The notes: generated from the sequence alone by a model not told the origin. A DNA stretch of 64,000 nucleotides from Candidatus Multivoradales bacterium (GCA_965248055.1 CBDFIJ010000004.1:2720001-2784000), one strand, 5' to 3'. Numbered from the stretch's first letter, positions 38,820 to 48,599 are shown. Program-made: numbers and translations.

Positions 38820-40748
38820 ATGAGTGCTGAAATCGTATTGACCCTTCCCGACGGTTCCCAGCGAGAGGTCTCGGCGGGAACCACCCCGATGGACGTGGCG
38901 GTGAGCATCGGTCCAGGGCTGGCGCGTCAGGCGGTCGGTGCCTTTCTTGATGATCAAGAGATCGATTTGCGCCAACCGATGGGGCAAGGTGGCCCCTTTC
39001 GCCTGGTCACAACCCGAGACCCAGACGCTGGACCGTTCATTCGTCACACCGCTGAACACGTGCTGGCGGATGCGGTGCAGCAGTTGTGGCCGGGGACCGA
39101 GATCGACGCCGGACGCAAAGACCACTCCGAGAAGTATCAATACGACTTTCGATTCCCTCGGGCCTTTACTCCGGACGACTTCTCGGTCATCGAAGCGAAG
39201 ATGAAGGAGATCATCAAACAGGGCCATTCCCTGGAGCGCCGAGAAGTGACCCGGGAAGAGGCAGCAGACCTGTTTAGAGAGCGCGGGGCGACCCTCAAAC
39301 TGGAGCGGTTGCAGGACATCCCCGAGGGCGAGACGATCACCGTCTATCAGCACGGGAACTTCGTCGATTTGTGTCGAGGCCCTCACGCGCAGTCGGTCAG
39401 CCAGGTAGGTGCTTTTAAGATCCTCGATACCTCCGGCGCCTATTTTCGCGGTGATGAGTCCAATGAGATGCTGCAGCGGATCTACGGCACCGCGTTCGCC
39501 AACAAGAAGGAAATGGCGTCCTATCTGGAGGCGATCGAACAGGCAAAAGAGCGAGACCACCGACGGTTGGGAGTCGATCTCGACCTGTTCAGTTTCTCGG
39601 AGACCGCACCAGCGACGCCGTTTTTCCATCCCAAAGGGGCGACGCTCTACAACCAGTTGGTGGAATTTGTGCGTGATGTTCAGGAGCCCAACGGCTATCA
39701 GGAAGTGGTTACGCCGCAGATTCTGGACGTCGACCTGTGGCACACCTCGGGGCACTACGACAACTACCGCGACAACATGTTTTTCAGTTCGATCGACAAG
39801 CGCGAGTTCGCGGTCAAGCCGATGAATTGCCCGACGCATTGCTTGATCTATGCTACCCGGTTGCGCTCCTATCGCGATCTGCCGGTACGCTACGCGGACT
39901 TCGGTCGCCTGCATCGTTATGAGAAGAGTGGGGTGACCTCCGGTCTCACCCGGGTTAGGTCGTTTGCCCAGGACGACGCTCATGTGTTCTGTACCGAAGA
40001 ACAGATTGCCGCAGAGGTCGCGACCGCGGTCGATATGATCCACCAGATCTATCGCACCTTTGATTTTGAATCGATCCAAGTGGAGCTGTCGACGCGACCG
40101 GAAAAATCCTTGGGTAGCGCTGAGTTGTGGCAAAAAGCCGAGTCAGCATTGTCCACCGCTCTGGACGACCTAGATATTGAATACGCGGTCGATCCGGGGC
40201 AGGGTGCGTTCTACGGGCCCAAGATCGATTTTCAGGTCAGCGACGCCCTGGGCCGCAAGTGGCAACTGGGAACCATTCAGCTCGACTACCAGCTACCGGA
40301 GCGCTTTGAACTGAGCTACATCGGCGCCGATGGCGCTGAACATCGCCCGGTGATGATCCACCGTGCGATGTTGGGTTCTTTGGAACGGTTCATGGGAATC
40401 CTCATCGAACACACCGGGGGTGCGTTTCCCGTCTGGTTGGCACCAGTGCAAGCGGTGGTGCTACCGGTATCGGAGAAGTTTAGCGAATACGCGGCTAAAG
40501 CTGCTTCGCAGTTGGCGCAAGCGGGTCTCCGGGTCGAGACCGATGCCCGCAACGAAAAGCTCGGCTACCGTATTCGTGAGGCGCAACTGCAGAAAGTGCC
40601 CTATATGCTGGTGGTCGGGGAAAGAGAACAGCAAGACCAAACGGTCGCGGTGCGTACCCGAACCGGGGAAGACCGTGGGGCGCAGCGGATTGACGCCTGG
40701 TCCGCTTCGGTCATCGCGCGGATTAGTTCGAGATCTGGCGACCTCTAA
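38820..40748 (+). CDS. thrS: Threonine-tRNA ligase
   Basis: TGS domain, DLCRGPH, KPMNCP, FYGPKID and HRAMLGSLERF motifs. Confidence 0.98.
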   Translation: MSAEIVLTLPDGSQREVSAGTTPMDVAVSIGPGLARQAVGAFLDDQEIDLRQPMGQGGPFRLVTTRDPDAGPFIRHTAEHVLADAVQQLWPGTEIDAGRKDHSEKYQYDFRFPRAFTPDDFSVIEAKMKEIIKQGHSLERREVTREEAADLFRERGATLKLERLQDIPEGETITVYQHGNFVDLCRGPHAQSVSQVGAFKILDTSGAYFRGDESNEMLQRIYGTAFANKKEMASYLEAIEQAKERDHRRLGVDLDLFSFSETAPATPFFHPKGATLYNQLVEFVRDVQEPNGYQEVVTPQILDVDLWHTSGHYDNYRDNMFFSSIDKREFAVKPMNCPTHCLIYATRLRSYRDLPVRYADFGRLHRYEKSGVTSGLTRVRSFAQDDAHVFCTEEQIAAEVATAVDMIHQIYRTFDFESIQVELSTRPEKSLGSAELWQKAESALSTALDDLDIEYAVDPGQGAFYGPKIDFQVSDALGRKWQLGTIQLDYQLPERFELSYIGADGAEHRPVMIHRAMLGSLERFMGILIEHTGGAFPVWLAPVQAVVLPVSEKFSEYAAKAASQLAQAGLRVETDARNEKLGYRIREAQLQKVPYMLVVGEREQQDQTVAVRTRTGEDRGAQRIDAWSASVIARISSRSGDL

Positions 40749-40947
40749 GGGTGAACTCGTCTGGCCAGGAGCCCGACGGTCGGGGTCTTCTCGACTCGTT
40801 GGCGGCGGTCTCACTAGCATCACACTCTATCGCCTGATTAGCCCCTCAAGAGCTAGGGATGCTATGATCATCACAGTTTTGTAGCCCCAACTTGAACCCG
40901 AACTTGGGTAACTTTTTCGTCGATGAAGGCGAAACGGAGGTTGTGTC

Positions 40948-41118
40948 ATGTCTAAAGTTGCACCGTTCCACAGTTGTAAGAATCGAGGCGTCTACCATGT
41001 GTGCTCGGAGTGCACAGAGGGAAACAACATCGAGACAAAGTACAAGACTGCGGGCAAGGGTGGTGGGCGCTTGTGCAAAGCTTGCGCCCGCCGGATGACC
41101 AAGAAAGGCACCTGCTAA
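40948..41118 (+). CDS. 56-aa Cys/His-rich basic microprotein (not in the ORF track)
   Basis: GGAGG RBS 7 nt upstream. MSKVAPFHSCKNRGVYHVCSECTEGNNIETKYKTAGKGGGRLCKACARRMTKKGTC. Confidence 0.75.
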   Translation: MSKVAPFHSCKNRGVYHVCSECTEGNNIETKYKTAGKGGGRLCKACARRMTKKGTC

Positions 41119-41233
41119 GCGTACTTGACCGTTCGTTTTTATCGATGGCCGATGAGCCGGATTCTCCGGTAACCATCAAGCTGTGCTTGGTGGTGGTGAG
41201 TATGCCGGATAGTCCGGTGATTGAAGTGGGGTC

Positions 41234-42317
41234 TGCATAAGTTCAGAAACAAATGGCACTCGTTCAATGAGGAGTGTCGATGAGCATGAGGTTGATCAGA
41301 GGGCGTTTTCAAGGCCTGGTACATCTTCGTCATCTAGGGGTATCTTGGGTCATGACCCAAGATAGCGCTGAGAAACGTATCCGCGCATTGAGATTCTGGC
41401 AGGAGCATGGGATCGATGCAGCGATCGATGCATTTTCGGTGAGCCGGAGGACTCTGTACCGCTGGAAGTCTCGTCTTGGTAGGTGCAAAGGAAAGCTAAG
41501 CTCTCTAAACCCTCAATCAACAGCTCCGAAGAAAAGAAGACGGCGCAAGTGGCCAGCTGAGGTGGTCTCTGAGATCCGTCGATTGCGAGTCAAAGAGCCC
41601 AATCTTGGCAAGGACAAGATCTATCCGCTGTTGAAACCCTGGTGTGAAGTAAGGGGAATTACCTGCCCCTCGGTGAGCACCATCGGCCGCATCATTGGCG
41701 ATGCTCCCGACAAGATGCGCTTGGTGCCTCAAAGGATTGATCGCCTAGGTCGAGTGAAAGCAAAACGAAAGCGTAAGCCTCGCAAACCTAAAGGAACCAA
41801 GGCATGCTCGCCTGGCCAGTGGGTGGCAGTAGATACCATCGAGCGATTCTGTGATGGCCAACGCCGGTACTTGATCACTCTGACCGATGCCGCCAGCAGC
41901 ATGAGTCTGGCAATAGCTACCAACTCCCACACCTCGAGCACGGCAGCGCGCTTTCTGGACCTGAGCCTTGATATCTTGCCATTTGCTGTTACTACCGTGC
42001 TCTCAGACAACGGTAGTGAGTTTCAAGGAGCCTTCGACAAGAAAGCTGCTGAGGCTGGAATCAAACGCTGGTACACCTACCCCAGGTGCCCGAAGATGAA
42101 CGCCCAAGCCGAGAGATTCAATCGAACCATCCAAGAGAAATTCGTTGACTACAACGAAGACTTGCTCTTCACTGACCTCCAAGCTTTCAACCAAAAACTC
42201 TTCGACTGGATGCTCTGGTTTAACGCCGAAAGGCCCCACTGGAGCCACGGACAAAGACCACCGCTACAATACGTAGCTGAACATACCGATCAGTGCCAAA
42301 TGTCATGGACGCATACA
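41234..42317 (+). mobile_element. IS481-like insertion sequence (1084 bp) with 5-bp target duplication GGGTC
   Basis: Imperfect terminal IRs TGCATAAGTTCAGAAACAAATGGCACT and revcomp TGTATGCGTCCATGACATTTGGCACT. GGGTC at 41229-41233 and 42318-42322. Confidence 0.85.
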
Positions 42318-42332
42318 GGGTCTTGGCATTGA
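41280..42332 (+). CDS. DDE transposase (HTH plus integrase core)
   Basis: VSRRTLYRW HTH, VDT, SDNGSEF, AERFNRT and ERPH motifs. GAGGAG RBS. Confidence 0.92.
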   Translation: MSMRLIRGRFQGLVHLRHLGVSWVMTQDSAEKRIRALRFWQEHGIDAAIDAFSVSRRTLYRWKSRLGRCKGKLSSLNPQSTAPKKRRRRKWPAEVVSEIRRLRVKEPNLGKDKIYPLLKPWCEVRGITCPSVSTIGRIIGDAPDKMRLVPQRIDRLGRVKAKRKRKPRKPKGTKACSPGQWVAVDTIERFCDGQRRYLITLTDAASSMSLAIATNSHTSSTAARFLDLSLDILPFAVTTVLSDNGSEFQGAFDKKAAEAGIKRWYTYPRCPKMNAQAERFNRTIQEKFVDYNEDLLFTDLQAFNQKLFDWMLWFNAERPHWSHGQRPPLQYVAEHTDQCQMSWTHTGSWH

Positions 42333-42351
42333 GGCCATTGTTCACTAAAAT
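42323..42351 (+). promoter_or_regulatory. Putative sigma70 promoter of rpmI-rplT-pheST
   Basis: TTGGCA-17 nt-TAAAAT. Confidence 0.6.
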
Positions 42352-42398
42352 CTACTGTTCGACCCGTTCTCGGGTTGTTGAACTTGGAGACGAAGCAA

Positions 42399-42593
42399 AT
42401 GCCGAAACAGAAGACCCATCGTGGCGCCAAGAAGCGCTTCAAGCTTACCGGTACCGGGAAGGTGCGTCGTCGCCACTCGATGAAGAGTCATATCCTGACC
42501 AAGAAGTCCACCAAGCGGAAGCGCAAGCTCCGCAAGGACACCGCAGTGTCAGGAGCCTTCGCCAAGATCATTAGAAATATAATCGGCGGCTAG
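42399..42593 (+). CDS. rpmI: 50S ribosomal protein L35
   Basis: [14 protein letters not shown]...SHILTKK. Confidence 0.97.
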   Translation: MPKQKTHRGAKKRFKLTGTGKVRRRHSMKSHILTKKSTKRKRKLRKDTAVSGAFAKIIRNIIGG

Positions 42594-42668
42594 ACCCCAG
42601 ATCAGGGTTTGGCGGAGGAACCGTCCGCTTAAGCTGCAACATATCAACCAAACTAACGGGGTTCATCA

Positions 42669-43034
42669 ATGAGAGTAAAACGCGGAACTAATCGCGCCCA
42701 GCGGCGCAAGAAGATTCTCAAGCAGGCGAAAGGCTTCTATGGCCGCAAGTCCAAGGCCCATCGGGTAGCCAAGGAGGCGGTGGACCGCGCTGGTTCATTC
42801 GCCTATCGCGACCGGCGCAACAAGAAGCGTGATTTTCGACGGCTGTGGATCGTTCGCATCAACGCTGCCGCTCGTCAGAATGGCCTTTCCTACAATCGAC
42901 TGATCTTTGGCTTGAACCAAGCTGGCTGTGAAGTTGACCGCAAAGTGATGGCGGACCTTGCGGTGCGAGACCCGCAGGCATTCGCCCAATTGGCGGAAAC
43001 GGCCAAGAACGCAATCGAAGCCGCCGGTAACTGA
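42669..43034 (+). CDS. rplT: 50S ribosomal protein L20
   Basis: RVKRG and [22 protein letters not shown]. Confidence 0.98.
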   Translation: MRVKRGTNRAQRRKKILKQAKGFYGRKSKAHRVAKEAVDRAGSFAYRDRRNKKRDFRRLWIVRINAAARQNGLSYNRLIFGLNQAGCEVDRKVMADLAVRDPQAFAQLAETAKNAIEAAGN

Positions 43035-43046
43035 CCGGTCCTTCCG

Positions 43047-44081
43047 ATGTGTCCTTCGGCTACCAGCCTTGAGGCGGTTGCCGAACACCGCCAACGGTTC
43101 GACAACCAGCTTTCCGAAACCCGCGATCACGCGGCCTGGGACGCTTTGCGTCTGGAATGGTTGGGTCGCAAACGGGGCATTGTGCGCGATCTCTTGGCTG
43201 GTATTGGTGCGGTCGAGGCCCAAGAACGCAAGCAATTTGGCCAAGTGGTCAACCAGCTGCGGCAGCACGTTGAAAGCAGCCTGAAAGCTCTGAGTGTGCA
43301 ACTGGCCGACAACGTCGGCTATCCAGAGCCGAGCTTAGATGTAACGCTACCTGGACGGTTGACTTCGGTGGGCGCGATCCATCCGGTCTATCGGGTGATT
43401 GATGAAATCGTAGAAATCTTTGAGTCCCTAGGCTACAGCGTTGCTGAAGGTCCAGAGATTGAAGACGATTACCATAACTTCGCTGCGCTCAACTTTCCTG
43501 CGGACCATCCGGCGCGCGATGAGCAGGACACGCTGTTCACCCGAGACGGACGCTTATTGCGTACCCACACCTCACCCGTGCAGATACGCACCATGGCTTC
43601 GAGAAAGCCGCCGATTCGTATCGTCTGCCCGGGTCGGGTCTATCGCAACGACAACGACTTGCGGCATTCGCCGATGTTTCATCAAGTTGAGTGTCTAACC
43701 GTTGCTGAAGGGATCACCGTGGGAGATCTCAAGGGCACTTTGGAGTATTTCCTCAAACGGTTGTTTTCTGCTGACACTGGGGTTCGCTTTCGCCCCAGCT
43801 ACTTTCCGTTTACCGAGCCGTCGGCGGAAGTCGACATAACTTGTCCTTTCTGCCAAGGGAGCGGTTGTTCGACCTGCTCCAAGAGCGGTTGGATGGAGAT
43901 TCTGGGTTCGGGGATGGTCGATCCTCGAGTGCTCGCAGGACAGGGGATCGATCCGGATCGCTACTCAGGCTTCGCCTTTGGCCTCGGGGTCGATCGGGTG
44001 GCGATGATTCGCTACGGTATCCCCAACATTCGCCATCTGTTTGAAAATGATATGCGCCTGCTGCGCCAGGTGAACGCCTGA
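43047..44081 (+). CDS. pheS: Phenylalanine-tRNA ligase alpha subunit
   Basis: HPARD, LRTHTS, FPFTEPS and GFAFGLG motifs. Confidence 0.97.
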   Translation: MCPSATSLEAVAEHRQRFDNQLSETRDHAAWDALRLEWLGRKRGIVRDLLAGIGAVEAQERKQFGQVVNQLRQHVESSLKALSVQLADNVGYPEPSLDVTLPGRLTSVGAIHPVYRVIDEIVEIFESLGYSVAEGPEIEDDYHNFAALNFPADHPARDEQDTLFTRDGRLLRTHTSPVQIRTMASRKPPIRIVCPGRVYRNDNDLRHSPMFHQVECLTVAEGITVGDLKGTLEYFLKRLFSADTGVRFRPSYFPFTEPSAEVDITCPFCQGSGCSTCSKSGWMEILGSGMVDPRVLAGQGIDPDRYSGFAFGLGVDRVAMIRYGIPNIRHLFENDMRLLRQVNA

Positions 44082-46153
44082 TGCTGTTTTCTCGCAATTG
44101 GCTCGGCGAGTATGTTGAGCTTCCCGAGATTGACGACCTCGCGGCAGGGCTGACCGCCGTCGGCTTGGCGGTGGAAGGGGTGACCGATCGAGACGGCGAC
44201 GCGATCCTGGACGTCGAGGTGACCCCCAACCGGACCGATTGCATGAACCACCTAGGCTTGGCTCGTGAAGTGGCGGTCAAGTTTGGGCAAAAATTGAACA
44301 CACCGAAGATTTCGGGCGCTGATTCTGAGAACTCCGGAAAGAGTGGAACTGGGGTGACGGTGTCGATTGCCGACTTCGCCGACTGTCCGCGATACACCGC
44401 GGTGGCAGTGGACGGGGTGCAGGTTGGCCCCAGCCCGCCGTGGTTGGTGGAGCGGTTGGAGTCGATTGGGCTGCGATCGATCAACAACATTGTGGACGTC
44501 ACCAATTTTGTCCTCTGGGAATGCGGCCAGCCGCTGCACGCTTTTGACTTGGAGACCTTCACTTCGACGGAGATTGGCGTCCGTCGCGCCCGCTCTGGTG
44601 AAATCTTGACGACCCTCGATGGCGTGGAGCGGAGGCTGTCTGCAGAGATTTTGGTGATTGCCGATGGCGAGCGAGCCATCGCCCTGGCGGGAATCATGGG
44701 TGGTGCAGAGACCGAGGTCACGGATAGGACGACGGCCATACTGCTCGAGAGTGCCCACTTTGCTCCCTCCGTGGTGCGTCGGGGCGCCAACCAACTGGCG
44801 ATGCACACCGACGCCAGTCATCGATTCGAACGGGGAACCGATCCGCAAGCCTGCGCCGATGCTGCTTTGCGCGCCGCTCATCTAATCGCCGAACTCGCCG
44901 GAGGCACGGTGCGACCGGGAGTTGTTGACGCCTACGACTCGGAGCAAGCGTGGCATTCGTATGCCGATCTGGATCTAGCCAAACTGGAAAAATTTGGCGG
45001 TGTCCGTGTCAGTCCTGAGCAGGCGACGGGTATTCTGGAAGGGCTGGGATACCGCGTGCAGCAAAAGGATCCGGGGCCATGGCGAGTCACGGTTCCCAGC
45101 TGGCGTTTCTACGATCGAGAGGCGTTCAAGGTTGAGGGGCCGGAGCCCGAGGTTTGGCCGGCGGACATCTATGAAGAGGTGCTGCGGGTAGTGGGCCTGG
45201 ACCAGATCCCGGCGACCTTGCCTGCGGTCAGCCAACCGGATACCAAGGTGGATCGAGGATTCGCCATCTCGGGCCGGCTGCGCCGACAGCTGGCGGGTCG
45301 AGGATTGGTGGAAGCGGTCTCTTACTCCTTTGAGTCGGAGCAAGAGAGTGGCTCCTTTGGGTCTTTGTTTAAGTCCGAGACCGCAGTCGAGGTGCGCAAT
45401 CCGGTTTCCGAAAGCTTTCGCTGGATGCGCCGGTCGATTCTTCCGGGCTTGGTGGAGGCGGCGCGCTTCAACCAGCGTCGATCCGCTGACGCTATCGAAC
45501 TGTTCGAGTTGGGCCGGGTCTTTGTCGCCGATCAATCCGAGTGCGACACCTTGGGGGTCGTGGTCGGTGGAGCGGTGCCGACGCCCTGGGATAACGCTCA
45601 GAGTTGGGATTTTTTCGCCCTCAAAGGGGTTGTCGAATCGGTGATGGCAGCGGGACAGGGATCTGATTTGCGTTTTGAGTCAGCCTCGCTGAACGGATTT
45701 TGCGAGGGACGTTGCGCGGTGATCGTTGACCGTCAGGGAAACAAGGTCGGCCAGATCGGTGAGATTGAAGATACCGACCTCGCTTTTCCGTTGTTTGCCG
45801 TGGAGTTGGCGGTTGAGGCGATCGGTGAGCCGACGGCTGTAGCGGTACGACCTCCTTCGCGACATCCAGAGGTGACGGCGGATATCACCCTGACCCATGG
45901 CGACCTGTTGCCGTGGTCCGAGATCGAGCGGGTGGTGCAAGCCTGCCGTGCTCCAGAGTTGGTTGAGTTCGGGCTCAAGGATCGCTACCAGGGAGAAGGA
46001 GTGCCCGACGGCGCGACCAACACCACAATTTGGTTTCGCTACAATTCCGACCAACGGTCTTTGACCCAGGATGAAGTCAACAGTTTTCAACAAGTGACGA
46101 GCCACAAGCTTAGGGAGGAACTCGGATGGCCAGCAGCGAAAGCAAACAACTAG
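44081..46153 (+). CDS. pheT: Phenylalanine-tRNA ligase beta subunit (short form lacking the B2 OB-fold)
   Basis: TPNRTDC, GQPLHAFD and RFERG motifs. 690 aa. Confidence 0.95.
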   Translation: MLFSRNWLGEYVELPEIDDLAAGLTAVGLAVEGVTDRDGDAILDVEVTPNRTDCMNHLGLAREVAVKFGQKLNTPKISGADSENSGKSGTGVTVSIADFADCPRYTAVAVDGVQVGPSPPWLVERLESIGLRSINNIVDVTNFVLWECGQPLHAFDLETFTSTEIGVRRARSGEILTTLDGVERRLSAEILVIADGERAIALAGIMGGAETEVTDRTTAILLESAHFAPSVVRRGANQLAMHTDASHRFERGTDPQACADAALRAAHLIAELAGGTVRPGVVDAYDSEQAWHSYADLDLAKLEKFGGVRVSPEQATGILEGLGYRVQQKDPGPWRVTVPSWRFYDREAFKVEGPEPEVWPADIYEEVLRVVGLDQIPATLPAVSQPDTKVDRGFAISGRLRRQLAGRGLVEAVSYSFESEQESGSFGSLFKSETAVEVRNPVSESFRWMRRSILPGLVEAARFNQRRSADAIELFELGRVFVADQSECDTLGVVVGGAVPTPWDNAQSWDFFALKGVVESVMAAGQGSDLRFESASLNGFCEGRCAVIVDRQGNKVGQIGEIEDTDLAFPLFAVELAVEAIGEPTAVAVRPPSRHPEVTADITLTHGDLLPWSEIERVVQACRAPELVEFGLKDRYQGEGVPDGATNTTIWFRYNSDQRSLTQDEVNSFQQVTSHKLREELGWPAAKANN

Positions 46154-46359
46154 CCGAACTAGAACGCTTGGTCGAACGAGCGAAAGACCGCATCACCGCG
46201 TTGACTGCGGAAAATTCCGACTTGCGTGGCCAGCTCGATCAAGCGGAAGCCAGTGGAAAAAGCTGTGAGCAGACTTGGCTCACACAGCGGCAAGAAGTCG
46301 AGAGCAAATTGGAAGATTTGGTTGCCCGATTGTCGACGGTCTTAGACCAAGCGGACTGA
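46126..46359 (+). CDS. Short coiled-coil protein, ZapB-like
   Basis: Heptad repeats and position between pheT and zapA. Confidence 0.65.
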   Translation: MASSESKQLAELERLVERAKDRITALTAENSDLRGQLDQAEASGKSCEQTWLTQRQEVESKLEDLVARLSTVLDQAD

Positions 46360-46475
46360 TAGCTCCCAGACCAATCGCCTTTTCTTTAGGGTCTTCAGAG
46401 GGCCTCAACCGCAATTCTGCTCTGCTATAGTGCCGAAGGAACCTGGCCTTGTGGTTAGGGGACACTGAGGTGAGA

Positions 46476-46775
46476 ATGACGACCAAAGTGACTACTTCGA
46501 CCGAGGTTGAAATCTTTGGTGGAGTGTATCCAGTGCGCGGCGAAGGTGGAGCAGACGAGCTACACAAACTGGCACGCGTGGTTGATGAGAAAATGCGCGA
46601 AATATCGCGTCACATATCAACTCGGGATACCGCAAAAGTAGCTATTTTGACAGCACTCAATTTGGCCGACGAACTCATCCGACTAAGAAACGAACTGGAA
46701 GGGGAACGGACCGAAGTGCGAGACCGGATCGCGGGCCTCTCGGAAAAACTTGAACAGGCTTTGCAGTCACCGTGA
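46476..46775 (+). CDS. zapA: Cell division protein ZapA
   Basis: VEIFGGVY, VDEKMREI and AILTALNLADE. Extended -10 TGCTATAGT at 46423-46431. Confidence 0.92.
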   Translation: MTTKVTTSTEVEIFGGVYPVRGEGGADELHKLARVVDEKMREISRHISTRDTAKVAILTALNLADELIRLRNELEGERTEVRDRIAGLSEKLEQALQSP

Positions 46776-46798
46776 TCTATCTCGAGGAAACAAAAATT

Positions 46799-46982
46799 GC
46801 ATCCCCTGCGGGGTTCGTGTTGGGACAGTCAGTTGTAGAACCAACGTCTTTTTATAGGGAGTCTTTATTCCATCGGACCTGTGCCAGCCTCGCATGACGA
46901 GGACGCTAACGGACGTGGAGCGGACACCCACCTGGTGAGAAGCAGGTTCTAACCCGACGCCCACACAGCCCCCGGGGGGTGC
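46799..46982 (+). ncRNA. ssrS: 6S RNA
   Basis: About 184 nt between zapA and rny. Terminal pairing GCATCCCC/GGGGGTGC and AGAACC/GGTTCT, plus the CACCCACCT...AGCAGGTTC motif. Confidence 0.85.
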
Positions 46983-47036
46983 GCTCCTCGACTCTCAGAT
47001 TTCGCGTTGCCTCCTCTTCGATGAAGGGGTGCTCCA

Positions 47037-48599
47037 ATGACGACCAGCAGCGTGATAATCATCGCGGCTCTCGCGGTGGTTTTATTTGCAGTTATTTACT
47101 GGCTTATGGGCCGTCGCTCGGCAGCCGCCTCGCTAGCCCGGGCGGAGAAAGAAGCGGCACAGATTGTCGATGCGGCCAAGCGAGAAGGAGCGTCGAAACT
47201 GCGCGAAGCGGAGGTGAGCGCCAAAGAAAAACTCCTCCAAGCGCGCAGTGAGTTCGAGAAGGTTGCCCATCAACAACGGTCCGAATACGAAAAATGGGAA
47301 CGCCGGTTGTCGAAGCGCGAAGCCGGACTCGACCGTAGATTTGAGGAACTCAAGCACAAGCGCAACGAGGTCCAAGGTCGAGAACGGACGCTGCAACAGC
47401 GAGAAGAGAAGAGTGAACTGCGAGCCGTCGAACTGGATCAGTTGATCGCCGAAGAACGGGAACACTTGGAGAAGATTTCTGGGCTCACCGAGCAGCAAGC
47501 ACGCCACGAACTGACTCGATTGATTGAGGACAACACCCGGTTGGAGGCGGCGCACTTGGTCAAGAGGATTGAGGACGAGGCCCGGGAGAAGGCGAACCAC
47601 GAAGCACAGAGAATCATCAGCATGGCGGTCCAGCGGTCGGCCTCAGACTACGTTTCTGAGACTACGGTGTCGGTGGTGATGCTGCCTTCTGATGAGATGA
47701 AGGGCCGGATTATTGGAAGGGAAGGCCGCAATATTCGTGCATTGGAGATGGCAACCGGGGTCGACTTGATTGTTGACGACACCCCTGAAGCGGTGATCGT
47801 TTCGGGCTTTGATCCGTTTCGGCGAGAGATCGCGCGCGTCTCCTTAGAAAAACTGGTTAAGGACGGTCGCATCCATCCGGCCAGGATCGAAGAGGTAGTG
47901 GAGAAAGTCAAGGCTGACTTTGAGCGCAAGATTCAAGACGAAGGGAACGAGGCTCTGTTGGAACTCAACATCCCCAGCGTCCATCCCGAACTGGTCAAAA
48001 TCCTTGGGCGACTACGTTATCGGACTTCCTATGGACAAAACGTCCTGCAGCACAGCAAGGAAGTCGCGTTCTTGGCCGCCACCATGGCATCTGAGCTCAA
48101 GAGCAATGTTGCGGTCGCCAAGCGCGCTGGATTGTTCCACGACATTGGCAAGGCGGTCGACCGAGAAATGGAAGGCAGTCATGTTGAGATCGGTATCGAT
48201 TTGCTGCGCCGCTACGGAGAGACCGAGGAAATTATCCATGGCATGGCTTGTCACCACGGCGACTATGATCCTGAGACCGTCGAAGCGGTGTTGGTCACTG
48301 CAGCGGACGCCCTTTCTGCCGCCCGCCCCGGAGCCCGCCGAGAAGTCTTGGAGTCGTACATCAAGCGTCTGGAGAAGTTGGAGGAGTTGGCCTCGGGCTT
48401 CAAGGGCGTCCAGAAGTGCTTTGCGATTCAGGCTGGCCGGGAGATCCGCGTGATCGTCGATGCCAACCGCCTGAGCGATGAGAAATCGCTTTGGTTGTCG
48501 AAGGACTTGGCGGCCAAGATCGAGTCGGAATTGATCTACCCTGGTCAGATTAAGGTAACGGTGATCCGCGAGACCCGTTCGGTGGAGTTTGCCAAATGA
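47037..48599 (+). CDS. rny: Ribonuclease Y
   Basis: TM, coiled coil, KH (KGRIIGREGRNIR) and HD (HDIGK) domains. Confidence 0.97.
   Translation: MTTSSVIIIAALAVVLFAVIYWLMGRRSAAASLARAEKEAAQIVDAAKREGASKLREAEVSAKEKLLQARSEFEKVAHQQRSEYEKWERRLSKREAGLDRRFEELKHKRNEVQGRERTLQQREEKSELRAVELDQLIAEEREHLEKISGLTEQQARHELTRLIEDNTRLEAAHLVKRIEDEAREKANHEAQRIISMAVQRSASDYVSETTVSVVMLPSDEMKGRIIGREGRNIRALEMATGVDLIVDDTPEAVIVSGFDPFRREIARVSLEKLVKDGRIHPARIEEVVEKVKADFERKIQDEGNEALLELNIPSVHPELVKILGRLRYRTSYGQNVLQHSKEVAFLAATMASELKSNVAVAKRAGLFHDIGKAVDREMEGSHVEIGIDLLRRYGETEEIIHGMACHHGDYDPETVEAVLVTAADALSAARPGARREVLESYIKRLEKLEELASGFKGVQKCFAIQAGREIRVIVDANRLSDEKSLWLSKDLAAKIESELIYPGQIKVTVIRETRSVEFAK

Noticed and set aside
41149-41177. 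Hammerhead-ribozyme-like CCGATGAG-stem-TAAC
   Set aside because: The core requires CUGANGA and GAAA, and both are broken here.
40892-41240. Track ORFs 40892-41098, 40952-41179 and 41001-41240
   Set aside because: They lack an RBS or motifs, and the 40948-41118 frame explains the region better.
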